This document shows, piece after piece, positions 1-9,797 of a stretch of DNA of 61,368 bases. Positions within the stretch are counted from its first letter, which is position 1. Each line of letters opens with the position of its first letter. The DNA is from an uncultured Dehalococcoidaceae bacterium. Lineage in GTDB: Bacteria; Chloroflexota; Dehalococcoidia; Dehalococcoidales; RBG-16-60-22. Where the stretch lies: NCBI GenBank assembly GCA_964503235.1, contig CAZCZJ010000003.1:1-61368 (forward strand), read 5' to 3'. The notes below the pieces were generated by a model. It was not told the DNA's origin, made no database searches, and worked only from the letters and a program-made list of their open reading frames with translations. The position numbers and the translations under genes were made by a program.

Positions 1-793
1 CAATAATCAATACCGCCAGGACTACGGCAATTATCAGCAGATAGTCGGCAATCTTGAGAACCGCACGCTGCAAATGGCTGCGGGTTACCGCTGTTTCCAC
101 CAGTTGTGCCGTCTTACCATAATATGTATCTTTACCGGTTGTATAGGCGACTGCGTCAATCTCTCCCTGCTTCAGGATAGACCCGGAATAAACCGTATCC
201 CCCGGCTTGTGCTCTACCGGAAGGGATTCGCCGGTGAGAGCGGACTGGTCCACCTGAACCGGGTCTCCGTCGAGTAACCTGGCATCTGCCGGTATGATAT
301 TGCCGATACGGAGACGAACGATATCACCGGGTACAAGTTCGCGCGCGGGTATGTCGGACCATTTGCCATCCCGCTTGGTATTGGCATGGATAGCCAGCTT
401 ATTCTTGAGCGCGGCAATAGCGTTGCCTGCCTGGAATTCCTCACGGAAGCCTACAATAGCGTTTATTATTAACAATGCCAGAATGACGCCGAGGTCAGGC
501 CAGTGCCGCAATACCGCCGATAGGATTGCGGCAACCAGGATCATAATGGGAATAGGCCCCCAGAAATAGGCAAGGAATTTCAGGAGCGGATTTTCCTTCT
601 TTTCCGGGAGTTCATTGTAGCCGTACTTTTCTATTCGCTTCTGCGCCTCAGCTTTGCTGAGACCATCGGGCGAAGACTGCAGATTCTTTAGCAGTTCGGC
701 AACGGACAGGTCCTTTAGTTGTCCTTGAGTTGATTCAACCGTCTTGTCTTGGCCCGGTGACCTGATTTTTCTTTCTTTACTCTGTTTGTTCAT
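1..793 (-). CDS. P-type cation-transporting ATPase, N-terminal part (plasma-membrane H+-ATPase-like); partial, continues past the left edge
   Basis: Absent from the ORF track because there is no stop inside the window. Hand translation of the minus strand from ATG 793-791 (AAGGAG about 9 nt upstream) gives MNKQSKERKIRSPGQDK..LSVAELLKNLQSSPDGLSKAEAQKRIEKYGYNELPEKKENPLLKFLAYFWGPIPIMILVAA..VPGDIVRLRIGNIIPADARLLDGDPVQVDQSALTGESLPV. This is the typical N-terminal/actuator pattern of P-type ATPases. Confidence 0.85.
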   Translation of the reverse strand, partial: MNKQSKERKIRSPGQDKTVESTQGQLKDLSVAELLKNLQSSPDGLSKAEAQKRIEKYGYNELPEKKENPLLKFLAYFWGPIPIMILVAAILSAVLRHWPDLGVILALLIINAIVGFREEFQAGNAIAALKNKLAIHANTKRDGKWSDIPARELVPGDIVRLRIGNIIPADARLLDGDPVQVDQSALTGESLPVEHKPGDTVYSGSILKQGEIDAVAYTTGKDTYYGKTAQLVETAVTRSHLQRAVLKIADYLLIIAVVLAVLII

Positions 794-850
794 CCCCAGC
801 ACTCCTTCTGGCCCTGTCTTTTAACAGCGAGCGCCACAGACCTGATCGAA

Positions 851-1783
851 TTAAGATTGCCGTGGTCTCACCAGCAGAAGGGGAGTATTTCCATGGTGCA
901 GAACCTTATCGGCAATACTGCCGTGGTCCCAGCGGCCAAATCCTGAATGCCCGTGCGTTGACATGGCTACCATCTCTGGATGTATCTCCTCCTCTGCCTT
1001 GATAGTCTCCTCGTCAGCAGAACCTACTCTGACCTCATAACTTGTTTCAATACCCTGGGATATTAGTTTATCATCTACGCTTTTTATGTATTTTTCAGCC
1101 ACTTCCTTCAGCGGCTTAAGTTCTTCATCGGTGTAAGGTATTTTTATAATTCCCGAGCCGCCATAATAACCCATTCCGTCATAGCCAGGGTAAATATGAT
1201 AGGGTGGTTCTACGACGTTAAGGAGACTGATCTTGGCCTTGATTTTGGAGGCAAGGGTTTCAATATAGGGGAGCACCGCCTCACTGTTCTTCGACCCGTC
1301 AAGGGGGACCAGTATATTATTCAGATGAACACTCTTGGGTACATCGGTATTAGCCCTGATAAGCAGCACCGGACATTTTAAAGCCCTGGCAACTTTATTG
1401 GCCGTATCTCCGAGTGCCCATCGCCTTATTCCGGTTCTCCCGTGCGTGGCCATCACAATCAGGCTGACGTTCTCTTTCTCAGCGTAGTCCAATATTTCCT
1501 CGGCAGGGTTGGCTAACATGCTTGGCGAACCGATGATAGCCGACTTCACCTTCACTTTTTCCCCATGTGGTAGGTCTGGAGATTTTTTCATCTCCTGCTC
1601 TACCGTCGCCGCCATTTTACTGATGTAGACTTTATGGTCGAGGTTATCCGGGGCATCGGCCGGCGTCCTTACGTGCAATAAAATAACCTCCGAACCGAAA
1701 TGTCTGGCCAGCTCTTCGGCATAGGGCAGGGCTATTTCGGCCAGTTTGGAAGTATCCAGCGGGACAAGAATCCTTTTATACAT
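851..1783 (-). CDS. universal stress protein, tandem Usp domains
   Basis: 310-aa ORF with two Usp halves. Each ends in the G-x2-G-x9-G(S/T)-type ATP motif (MATHGRTGIRRWALGDTANKV; MSTHGHSGFGRWDHGSIADKV). Confidence 0.85.
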   Translation of the reverse strand: MYKRILVPLDTSKLAEIALPYAEELARHFGSEVILLHVRTPADAPDNLDHKVYISKMAATVEQEMKKSPDLPHGEKVKVKSAIIGSPSMLANPAEEILDYAEKENVSLIVMATHGRTGIRRWALGDTANKVARALKCPVLLIRANTDVPKSVHLNNILVPLDGSKNSEAVLPYIETLASKIKAKISLLNVVEPPYHIYPGYDGMGYYGGSGIIKIPYTDEELKPLKEVAEKYIKSVDDKLISQGIETSYEVRVGSADEETIKAEEEIHPEMVAMSTHGHSGFGRWDHGSIADKVLHHGNTPLLLVRPRQS

Positions 1784-1832
1784 TTAATTTCCTCCTATTA
1801 AAAACATAATTATTGTTCAGGACATAGTCAAA

Positions 1833-2747
1833 TTACTGTGGCCTCACCAGAAAAATAGGGCTGGTAATGCCACGAAGTATCTTATCCGTGATATCACCAT
1901 ACTCCCAGAGGCTAATGCCTGATGAACCATGTGTTGCCATAACAACCAGATTCGGATGATTATTGTTCGTGTATTTTGTAATTTCGTCTGCTGGTTTACC
2001 CATAAGCACTTCTTTTTTAACATTAAGTCCAGCATCGGCAAGGCGTTTCTCCACTTTTACCAGGTATTGCTCAGCTTCCTGCTTAAAATGATTTATTATC
2101 CGCTTTTCATGTGCCTCCGAATCGGGTTCCGGGTAGTCGGCAGTAATGAATGGTTTTTCATAAACTCTGAGTAAAACTACGTTCACCAGTTCAGCACCAC
2201 GCTGCTTTGTTAACGCTTCTACATGCGGAAGTACTGATTCAGCGAATTTTGAGCCGTCGAGGGGAACCAGCAATGTCCTCTTGGGCCATTCATCATGGAT
2301 AATCTCCTCGGGGATATTGGCCCTGACCATCCAGACGGGGACCTCCGATTTCCGGAGGACCTTATCAACCGTGCTTCCCAAAGCCCAGCGCCTTACCCCG
2401 GAACGGCCATGAGTCGCCATCAGGATCAGGTCAATATTGTTTTCCTCAGCATAACTTAGGATTTCCTCAGCAGGATGGCCGTCAGCCACTTCGGCTCGTA
2501 CCTCGACCGCCTTTCCTCCTGAGGGTATGCCTGTCTTTTTCTGTACTTCTCTGGCTTGTTTCTGTACTTTTTCTGACGCATGTTCAAGATATGCACGGCA
2601 CATAAATTGTGAATCCGTTTTAGTCGATTCGCATACATGGAGTAAATTCAGTTCCAGGTCCAGTCTACCCGCAAGCTCCTTGGCGTAAGGTAGAACTACT
2701 TCGGCGAGTTCCGAGCCGTCAAGCGGGACCAGCATTCTCTTGTACAT
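1833..2747 (-). CDS. universal stress protein, tandem Usp domains (paralog of 851-1783)
   Basis: 304-aa ORF with the same MYKR(I/M)LVPLD start and the same two-domain layout (MATHGRSGVRRWALGSTVDKV; MATHGSSGISLWEYGDITDKI). Confidence 0.85.
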   Translation of the reverse strand: MYKRMLVPLDGSELAEVVLPYAKELAGRLDLELNLLHVCESTKTDSQFMCRAYLEHASEKVQKQAREVQKKTGIPSGGKAVEVRAEVADGHPAEEILSYAEENNIDLILMATHGRSGVRRWALGSTVDKVLRKSEVPVWMVRANIPEEIIHDEWPKRTLLVPLDGSKFAESVLPHVEALTKQRGAELVNVVLLRVYEKPFITADYPEPDSEAHEKRIINHFKQEAEQYLVKVEKRLADAGLNVKKEVLMGKPADEITKYTNNNHPNLVVMATHGSSGISLWEYGDITDKILRGITSPIFLVRPQ

Positions 2748-2928
2748 TTTTACTACCTCCTTTGTCGTGATATATTACGATATTCCATATGAGAACCGCA
2801 ATGCCATTTATCCTGTCTCCAATTTAAGATTTCGGGCTTTCGATAAGGGTGACCGAAGCAATATTTTAGTAAATTCTTAATTATTCATTGTTGTCTACAA
2901 TTTTAAAAAATATCTGGCAAAGTTGGTA

Positions 2929-3804
2929 TTAACTAATAACCCTCCTGTGGAAGCCCTTGCACCCGGCCCAAAGGAACAGGATAGAGAATCCAACGAGCAC
3001 GGGATAAATCACATATAACTGCATGTGCGAGGCCGTGGTCAACGCGGCGCGGAAGCCCTCGGTCACGTAGATAAGCGGGTTGACGCAGACCAGAGCCTGC
3101 AGCCAAGAGAACCCGCCGACCTTGATAGCCGCCAGTGATGTCCACGGGTAGTAAGTGCCGCCGAGGAAGGTCAGGGGCAGGACGATAAATCCGAACATGA
3201 CGCCGATGTTGCGCGGTGAAATGCGGGTTCCCAGAAACAGCCCGAGACTTGAGGTCATGATACAGGTGAGTGGGATGAGCGTGAGCAGCAGCGCCCAGTG
3301 CACCGTTAGATTTGGTTGCACGCCCTTGGTGTGGACAATTGCCGCAATCGGGAACACAATTACGGCCGCAATAAGGCCCTGGATGGCTCCGGCCACGACT
3401 TTACCGATGGCCACCAGCGATACCGGCAGTGGTGCGAGTACCCGGTCTTCAATCTCTTTGGTATAGCCGAACTCGTTGGCCAGGGGCAACGCTACTGCCA
3501 TGATTCCCTGGAACATAATTGACAGGCCCACGACGCCGGCAACAAGTACGGTAGCGAATGCCGATAAACCACCCGCCGAACCTCCACCGATACCTTCGCC
3601 AATCTGAGGAAATACGTACAGGAAAACAAAGACCAGGAGGAAAGGCTGGATTAAAGTGCGGGCAATGAAGACACCCAGGTTCTTTCTCAGTACCGTGAGG
3701 TCACGCAGCAACAAGGCATTGAAGGCAGTACGGCTGGCACCTGCCGCTGACCGTGTAGGTCTTGATGTTTGAGCATTTGATACCCTGGTCATGGTGCCCA
3801 TCAA
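2929..3804 (-). CDS. ABC-2 type transporter permease
   Basis: 291-aa polytopic hydrophobic ORF. Its start overlaps the stop of the upstream ATPase gene by 4 nt (3801-3804), indicating translational coupling. Confidence 0.8.
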   Translation of the reverse strand: MMGTMTRVSNAQTSRPTRSAAGASRTAFNALLLRDLTVLRKNLGVFIARTLIQPFLLVFVFLYVFPQIGEGIGGGSAGGLSAFATVLVAGVVGLSIMFQGIMAVALPLANEFGYTKEIEDRVLAPLPVSLVAIGKVVAGAIQGLIAAVIVFPIAAIVHTKGVQPNLTVHWALLLTLIPLTCIMTSSLGLFLGTRISPRNIGVMFGFIVLPLTFLGGTYYPWTSLAAIKVGGFSWLQALVCVNPLIYVTEGFRAALTTASHMQLYVIYPVLVGFSILFLWAGCKGFHRRVIS

Positions 3805-4796
3805 TCGCGTAGCTCCTTTCCTGTCAGGTTTATGAAGACAGTTTCGAGAGTGGGCTCGGCTATAGACAAATCGATGATATTGAAACCTCCCTGTTCAGCA
3901 ATGGCAACTACCCGGGGGAGTACGCCGGCGGTGCCTTTTATGTGGAGCTGGATCGTACTATCGAGTCGCCGGCTCTCGGTCACTCCTTCGACCTGCTCTC
4001 GAAGGAGCTGAGCGAGGGCATCTATGTCACCGCTCGCTGACACGGTTACAATGCTGTCCGCGTTGACCGATTCCTTTAAGCCCTTCGGGGTGTCCATAGC
4101 GAGAATACGTCCATGGTCCATAATGGCTATCCGGTCGCAGACCGAATCCGCCTCCTCCATATAATGTGTTGTTAATAAAATAGTCTGACCTTCGGAGTGC
4201 AGCTTACCGAGGATATCCCATAAGGCGATACGGCTCTGCGGGTCAAGACCGGCCGTAGGCTCGTCGAGAAAGAGGACCGACGGGCGGTGGATAAGCGCCC
4301 GGGCTACCTGGAGCCGCTTCGCCATGCCGCCGGAAATGGTGGCTACGTCCGCTTTGGCGCGTTCGGCAAGACGGAACTCGACCAGGAACTTATTCGCTGC
4401 TTCGCGGCTCTCTCTGGCGCTCATTCCGAAAAAGCGACCGTGGTAGTAGAGGTTCTCCCAGACGGTCAGGGCTCGGTCAAGGTTGTTCGTCTGAGCCACA
4501 ACACCAATCACCTGCTTGACGAGCGCCGGATGAGCGACGACGTCGATATCGGATACAAAAGCCTTGCCGCCCGTCGGAATTACCAGGGTGGTGAGCATAC
4601 CGACGGTCGTTGTCTTACCGGCACCGTTGGGGCCGAGCAACCCAAAGATTTCCCCGCGGTGTACCTGCAAATCGAGCCGGTCAACAGCCAGAACATTGCC
4701 GTCTGAGTATCGTTTGGTCAATTGCTCGCAGCGTATGACCTCGTCGACAGTAGTGTGTTCGCCCACAATATTGATATCAGCAGCATTCGCACTCAT
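3801..4796 (-). CDS. ABC transporter ATP-binding protein (DrrA/ABC-2 exporter type)
   Basis: Walker A GLLGPNGAGKTT, signature ISGGMAKRL, Walker B VLFLDEPTAGLD. Confidence 0.9.
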   Translation of the reverse strand: MSANAADINIVGEHTTVDEVIRCEQLTKRYSDGNVLAVDRLDLQVHRGEIFGLLGPNGAGKTTTVGMLTTLVIPTGGKAFVSDIDVVAHPALVKQVIGVVAQTNNLDRALTVWENLYYHGRFFGMSARESREAANKFLVEFRLAERAKADVATISGGMAKRLQVARALIHRPSVLFLDEPTAGLDPQSRIALWDILGKLHSEGQTILLTTHYMEEADSVCDRIAIMDHGRILAMDTPKGLKESVNADSIVTVSASGDIDALAQLLREQVEGVTESRRLDSTIQLHIKGTAGVLPRVVAIAEQGGFNIIDLSIAEPTLETVFINLTGKELRD

Positions 4797-5263
4797 AACG
4801 GCGGAATAAAAACTCCTTCAACTCTGTTACATCTTTTCATTATTATGGTAGAAGAATTGTGAAATAGTCATAAAATCGCTAGTAAATAAGTTACAAAGTT
4901 ATGACATTTGGAGGATAGCAAAGACTGGTAGGAAGAAATTATCACTGGTAGTTCTTGGGATATCGGGCATAATGAACCAGACATATTTTGGACGTGAAAT
5001 GCAAGGATTATTAAAGGACGAATGATCTCCACATCATTGGAATCCGATTATAGGAATAACAGCGCTGGACCGGCTAGGGCCGGCTCTTATAATGGTTATT
5101 TTTAGTGTGATAGTCATCAAATTCTTGTTTGTTGAATAACAAGTCAAAGATTCGTTACACTAACAAAATAGAATCCATCACTAGTAGGCTCGAAAGATTG
5201 ATATAATAGAATCGAATTCATGATAATACCCAAGGTTTAACAATAAGACCAGAGTATATTAAG

Positions 5264-6292
5264 ATGAAGATTCCATTTAAACATTCTATTATTGCCTGGT
5301 TGACTTTAATCCGTTTAGGTGCCACAGCCAGGGGAATGCTTCCTTTCTTCCTCGGGACGGTCATTGCCTGGAGCGAAGGATATCAAATAAACTTCATAGT
5401 TTTTTCGCTTTCGTCGCTGGCTGTCCTCAGCATTATGGTCTCAACTTTTTTAATAAACGAATATTTTGATTATGATACGGACCATTTGAATACAGATTTC
5501 CATAGACTATCAGGTGGTTCACGGGTCCTGGTCCGCGGGCTCGTGCCCAGGAAGCTAGCTTTATATACCGCATATTGTATCTTCGGGCTTGCCGTTATCA
5601 TCGGCCTGGTTCTCTATTTTTACTTTAAAACCGGCCCATTGACCATCCCATTCGGTGTAATGGCAATCCTTATCGGATATTTTTACACGGCAAAGCCGTT
5701 AAGGCTCTCCTACAGGGGAATAGGAGAGCTGTCAATTTGGTTTACCTGCGGCTGGCTGGCAACAGTTACGGGCTATTATCTCCAAACAGGAGAAGTCACC
5801 TCTGTAATCTCTTTGGTTTCCCTGCCTGGGGCAACTTCGGTGTTCCTTCTTATTCTGATAAACGAAATTCCGGATATACACTCCGACTCACTCTCCGGAA
5901 AAAGAAACCTTGCGGTGATACTGGGCAAGCGTAATGCGCTTCTCCTTTTTTCTTTTCTCCTCGTTGGTGGCTGGCTAAATATACTGGTAATCATTCCATT
6001 TGGAATTCCCTGGACGACCGGTCCTTTTTCACTCGTTCTCTTGCCCATCATCGTATTGAACCTGATGGATATTAAAAGACTTTCTGCTAGCAGGCAAATG
6101 CTTGAGAGATTATCGGTGCGCACCATGCTTTTCGACCATCTAGTCACCTTTATTTACTCGGCTGCCTATATACTTGCCGGAATCAACGCCAGCAGCATGG
6201 ATAGAGCAATAATTATCATCATACTCTGTTATCTGGCTATCTTCATACTTGAGGGAATGAGCCTATTACTTTCTTTAAGAATACAAAGATAA
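5264..6292 (+). CDS. UbiA-family aromatic prenyltransferase (MenA-like)
   Basis: 342-aa polytopic membrane ORF with the two Asp-rich motifs NEYFDYDTD and NEIPDIHSD..GKRNL. Confidence 0.75.
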   Translation: MKIPFKHSIIAWLTLIRLGATARGMLPFFLGTVIAWSEGYQINFIVFSLSSLAVLSIMVSTFLINEYFDYDTDHLNTDFHRLSGGSRVLVRGLVPRKLALYTAYCIFGLAVIIGLVLYFYFKTGPLTIPFGVMAILIGYFYTAKPLRLSYRGIGELSIWFTCGWLATVTGYYLQTGEVTSVISLVSLPGATSVFLLILINEIPDIHSDSLSGKRNLAVILGKRNALLLFSFLLVGGWLNILVIIPFGIPWTTGPFSLVLLPIIVLNLMDIKRLSASRQMLERLSVRTMLFDHLVTFIYSAAYILAGINASSMDRAIIIIILCYLAIFILEGMSLLLSLRIQR

Positions 6293-6397
6293 AATTTCTG
6301 TATTCGTAGACACGGCGGCTACAGCCAACAGCATCGCCATTACAGCTAACGTTCTGGAAGAGATAGGCAAATGGAACGTATGGAGAAAAAGGGGGCG

Positions 6398-6447
6398 ACT
6401 GCCTTCTAAGCAGCGGGTCGTGGGTTCGAATCCCTCCAGGGACGCCA
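6398..6447 (+). tRNA. 3' fragment of tRNA-Arg(UCU), anticodon arm to CCA; the 5' half is missing, so this is a pseudo-tRNA or att-like remnant
   Basis: The fragment reads ACTGC-CTTCTAA-GCAGC (anticodon TCT), variable GGGTC, T arm GTGGG-TTCGAAT-CCCTC (one T:T mismatch), acceptor 3' strand CAGGGAC, G, CCA. No complementary GTYYYTG acceptor strand or D arm exists in the 100 nt upstream. Confidence 0.55.
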
Positions 6448-6502
6448 GCTCCGTTATAAATCCTAGAAAATTTCTGGAATACACTCATTTACGGTTACTA
6501 TC

Positions 6503-7165
6503 TTAGAGAAGATTTACAATAACCCGGAACCAGATATTGACTACCACATGAATTATAAATGCCGGCCAGTATGAATTCCCTCTATATACCACGTAGCCGA
6601 GATAGATCCCGACTAAAATGGTACTTATTGTTTCCATCTCCGGTTTTCCGAAATGAAGGAGCACGAAAGGAATCATCTGGACAAGTATGCTTATCTCTCC
6701 CAGTTTTTCTTTTAATCCGAAAAGGAGAAAGCCGCGATAGAGAAATTCCCAGGCAAACATGTACACCAGCGTCTCGAGAGAGTATTTAAGCAGGTCGAAT
6801 TTCTCTATAGTGTAGTACCCCTCCAATGTGGAAAAACGAGAAGAGATATAGAGTACCGGGACAGCTATGACGATGGATAAGATAACATGAAAGCCCCATA
6901 TCTTCCAGTTGCCCAGCCTGAATCCAAAGTCCAGGGGATTTTTCCGCAAGAGAATAATTATCGTTAGCAGAGGCAAAATCGCGAAATATATCAGGGAACT
7001 CAACCACTGGGGTGAAACAGGATGGTATTCATCCAGGGTTAGGAAAAGGGTAGCCGAACAAAATACCACTACCTCCGGATAATACCTCTTTAAGAAGGAG
7101 TAAATACCCTTAATTTCATTCTTGGCGAATTCGAGCATAACCGTTTTCATTATGAAACTTTTCAA
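6503..7165 (-). CDS. CPBP family intramembrane glutamic endopeptidase (CAAX protease/Abi family)
   Basis: 220-aa membrane ORF with motifs WEFLYRGF, FVLLHFGKP and FIIHVVVN. Confidence 0.75.
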   Translation of the reverse strand: MKSFIMKTVMLEFAKNEIKGIYSFLKRYYPEVVVFCSATLFLTLDEYHPVSPQWLSSLIYFAILPLLTIIILLRKNPLDFGFRLGNWKIWGFHVILSIVIAVPVLYISSRFSTLEGYYTIEKFDLLKYSLETLVYMFAWEFLYRGFLLFGLKEKLGEISILVQMIPFVLLHFGKPEMETISTILVGIYLGYVVYRGNSYWPAFIIHVVVNIWFRVIVNLL

Positions 7166-7395
7166 GTACTATGGCAATTACACCCGTCTTTGCCTGAAAC
7201 TAATGGACAAATGTGTTACTATATGCACAAAGGACAGCCTGCAACCCGCTCTTTCCCCAGGGGATTTCAGAAAGGTGTGGCTACCATCGCAAAGAGAATC
7301 TTGATTATCGAGGACGACCCGAGCTTTTCGAGGGCGATTAATCATATCGTAGAGAATTATCAGGCATACACGTACTCCTTGTTCAGGATTACTCT

Positions 7396-7641
7396 CTAAA
7401 ATCGGGGGTTTCTCGTGCCACCGGTTACCCGTCGGTCAATTTTCGTAATACGGTTGATGGCTGAATTAAGAACATCGATTTCTTCCCGGGTAAAAAGCCG
7501 CCAACCACGACTGTCCCTCCGCTCAATGCTACCGAGAATATCTTTTTGCAGCCACCGATATAATGTGTTTCTGCTGACACCTATCATGCGAAATACTTCA
7601 GCGGTTCTGTAGTAGGTCTTGCCATCCATTATTACCGGCAT
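7396..7641 (-). CDS. small MerR/excisionase-type helix-turn-helix DNA-binding protein
   Basis: Contains YYRTAEVFRMIGVSRNTLYRWLQKDIL..RDSRGWRLFTREEID. I moved the start to the internal ATG 7641 (MPVIMDGK), which has GGAG about 10 nt upstream. The track start at 7683 would run into the conserved promoter-like repeat. Confidence 0.7.
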   Translation of the reverse strand: MPVIMDGKTYYRTAEVFRMIGVSRNTLYRWLQKDILGSIERRDSRGWRLFTREEIDVLNSAINRITKIDRRVTGGTRNPRF

Positions 7642-7667
7642 TTGTAAAGGCTCCAACGATTCGATGA

Positions 7668-7750
7668 GTATACCTAAGTACAATCTAGTTAATTCAACTT
7701 ACAACGGCATTACAATAAGACAGTTGAACCTTACAAAAATGACACAAAAG
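7668..7750. repeat. copy A of an ~83-nt promoter-like module, also present at 13240-13322
   Basis: Hand alignment with 13240-13322 gives 41/47 identities over the first 47 nt (GTATACCTAAGTA.AATCTA..TAAT..AACTTACAACGGCAT) and 62/83 overall, ungapped. It lies immediately upstream of the minus-strand HTH gene. Confidence 0.7.
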
Positions 7751-7956
7751 GGATTCATCAGGTTCGGAGTTTAATCAGTATTCCGGACTGACTACTATCA
7801 TCGATAGATATCAGTTGGAAAGATTGATATGACAATCGAGGAGAGATACCGGATTCGAACTATCGCTTGAAAAAAGCCAAGATTCGCCTCCGCAAAAATG
7901 AAGCGGAAAGATAACGCGGAAACTATATTCTGGCGTCGGACCGGAATCACGTCTAT

Positions 7957-9321
7957 TTACAGTGTACGGTAATAAAAGCCCCTTGCTATTGCTTCTTCAC
8001 CATCGAAGGCCCTTCGTATATCAACTAGAACAGGAGCGGAGTTCATGTGCCCTTCGAGTCCTTCCAGGGTAAGCCCATCACCATTTCCCTTAAAGATGTC
8101 ATGAACCACAGCCAGGATAATGCCGTCAAATTTGCCTTCATCTTCCAGTTTCTTTAACATCTTTATGCCAAATTCTTCTTCAGCTTCGATAGTGTCCAAT
8201 AAGGGATCATAGCCAAAGGTCACAATGCCGTAGCTCTTTAATTCCTCTATCATATGTTTCTGCGGAGTTTCCCTGGTATCCGAGACATTCTCCTTATAGG
8301 TCAGACCCATGATGAGTACCCTGGACCCCTTAATTACCTTACCTGCATCATTCAGGGCTTTGATGGTCATTTCAGCCACGTGTTTAGGCATAGAATCATT
8401 TATCGCCCTTCCTGCCGAGATAACTTGAGAGTGGTAACCTAGTTCCTGGGCTCTGCGAACCAAGTAATAAGGGTCTACGGGAATGCAGTGTCCGCCGACA
8501 AGGCCTGGAGAATAGCGGTGAAAATTCCATTTAGTTCCGGCGGCATCAAGAACCTCTTTGGTGTCCAGGTGGAGTTTTTCAAATATAAGAGACAACTCAT
8601 TCACCAGAGCGATGTTCAGATCTCTCTGTACGTTTTCAATAACCTTAGCTGCCTCGGCAGTTTGGATATTCTTGGCTTTAAAAATATGCGGGATTATTCG
8701 GCCGTAGAGCTCGGCGATAAGTTCCGTCGTTTCCTCATCAATTCCCGAAACGACCTTACAGATCTTCTCTATAGTATGCTCTTTATCACCGGGGTTAATC
8801 CTCTCGGGGGCATAAGCTACCTTGAAGTCCTCGCCACATTTGAGCCCGGACTCTTTTTCCAGAATTGGCTTAACAATCTCTTCGGTAACACCGGGGTACA
8901 CCGTTGATTCCAGAATTACTGTGCTTCCCTTTTTTAAATTTTTACCTACAGTGGTCGCTGCGCTTTCAACGCAGGAAAGATCCGGTTCCTTTATTTCCGT
9001 TACCGGCGTGGGCACACATATGATGATGAAATCTGCTTGTCCTATTTTTTTCGGTTCATTAGTAAAAAGGAGTCTGGGATTATCATATCTTTGACGTAAA
9101 TCATCTACTCTCTTAGCATTGATATCATAGCCGATTACTTTTAGGCTTTTTGCAAACGATTCAATCAAAGGCAAGCCTATGTATCCTAAACCAACGATAC
9201 ACACAGTAGCTTTATCCACCTGAGCTTTTACGATTGAAACACGTGCTGGATCGGTTTTGCCGGGAACAGTGTTATTAGAACGTGTTTTTCTATAGCTTCG
9301 CTTTGGCTTTTGGATAGACAT
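7957..9321 (-). CDS. nucleotide-sugar 6-dehydrogenase of the UDP-GlcNAc/UDP-ManNAc class (WbpA/TviB/WecC-like)
   Basis: Rossmann motif VCIVGLGYIGLPL and catalytic GGHCIPVDP. AAGGAG lies upstream of ATG 9321. Confidence 0.85.
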   Translation of the reverse strand: MSIQKPKRSYRKTRSNNTVPGKTDPARVSIVKAQVDKATVCIVGLGYIGLPLIESFAKSLKVIGYDINAKRVDDLRQRYDNPRLLFTNEPKKIGQADFIIICVPTPVTEIKEPDLSCVESAATTVGKNLKKGSTVILESTVYPGVTEEIVKPILEKESGLKCGEDFKVAYAPERINPGDKEHTIEKICKVVSGIDEETTELIAELYGRIIPHIFKAKNIQTAEAAKVIENVQRDLNIALVNELSLIFEKLHLDTKEVLDAAGTKWNFHRYSPGLVGGHCIPVDPYYLVRRAQELGYHSQVISAGRAINDSMPKHVAEMTIKALNDAGKVIKGSRVLIMGLTYKENVSDTRETPQKHMIEELKSYGIVTFGYDPLLDTIEAEEEFGIKMLKKLEDEGKFDGIILAVVHDIFKGNGDGLTLEGLEGHMNSAPVLVDIRRAFDGEEAIARGFYYRTL

Positions 9322-9405
9322 TTTTTATCTCCTTATCTCTAATGCAGTAAGTTTTACCAGTCCCCTAAACAGACTACCTCATCAATAAAATTTTGAGCAG
9401 GATAT

Positions 9406-9443
9406 GTTAGATCTGGGTTTATCATTTGTAAGAATTTAGTAAT
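9406..9443 (-). promoter_or_regulatory. phased direct-repeat array; pentamers read CTAAC/TAAAC/CTTAC/ATTAC on the minus strand at exact 11-nt steps
   Basis: On the plus strand, GTTAG at 9406, GTTTA at 9417, GTAAG at 9428 and GTAAT at 9439. The array sits 85-120 nt upstream of the minus-strand dehydrogenase start (9321) and in its orientation. Confidence 0.45.
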
Positions 9444-9628
9444 AACTAAACAGGCACTTCCGCTATAATCTCCTGAGGTCGTATGTTAATAGTCGACACC
9501 AAACCTTCCATGCAGAATTCTTTTCATTATAACACTTCCATCTTTTTTTACCTGATTTCAATATTTTTTTACCCATACCACAGACCCCGAAAATAGACTG
9601 TTTAGGCTTCAGTTACAAGACGATTTAA

Positions 9629-9657
9629 TTCTAACCGAATCTTAACTTTAGCCTTAC
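9629..9657 (+). promoter_or_regulatory. phased direct-repeat array beginning with TTCTAACC
   Basis: TTCTAACC at 9629, with pentamers CTAAC 9631, TTAAC 9642 and CTTAC 9653 at 11-nt steps. It lies 140-170 nt upstream of the epimerase start. Confidence 0.45.
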
Positions 9658-9797
9658 TACAATCCAACCCCAAACAAGGGATAATATAAAGTCTTGAGTA
9701 TTTGGTATAATAAGTCATAACACTGGTAAAACAATGTCAAATAGGAGACTATGAACCTGAAAAGTCGTATCGCATCGTTAAAAAGGGCAATACAAGA

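Noticed and set aside
4287-4809. Plus-strand ORFs of 139 and 81 aa.
   Set aside because: They are antisense to the ABC ATPase gene, whose Walker A, signature and Walker B motifs are clear.
5068-5105. A GC hairpin (CCGGC-TAGG-GCCGG) followed by a T-rich stretch, as a possible terminator or small RNA.
   Set aside because: The stem is only 5 bp and the T-run starts about 10 nt after it. It lies between divergently transcribed genes, where no terminator is expected.
6293-6460. A complete tRNA, or a tmRNA, in the gap between the prenyltransferase and CPBP genes.
   Set aside because: Only the anticodon arm, T arm and 3' acceptor strand with CCA can be folded. No GTYYYTG 5' acceptor strand or D arm lies upstream. 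For a tmRNA the space is too short, there is no GGGG.. 5' partner, and no tag reading frame ends in an ALAA-like sequence. I kept it as a tRNA fragment only.
7190-7399. A 69-aa ORF containing KRILIIEDDPSF, reminiscent of a response-regulator N-terminus.
   Set aside because: Only about 20 residues resemble a receiver domain and the rest has no similarity. That is too short to call a gene or a pseudogene.
7845-7870. A T-loop-like GGATTCGAAC sequence suggesting a minus-strand tRNA.
   Set aside because: The flanking pentamers (ACCGG / CTATC) cannot pair as a T stem, and there is no acceptor or anticodon arm nearby.
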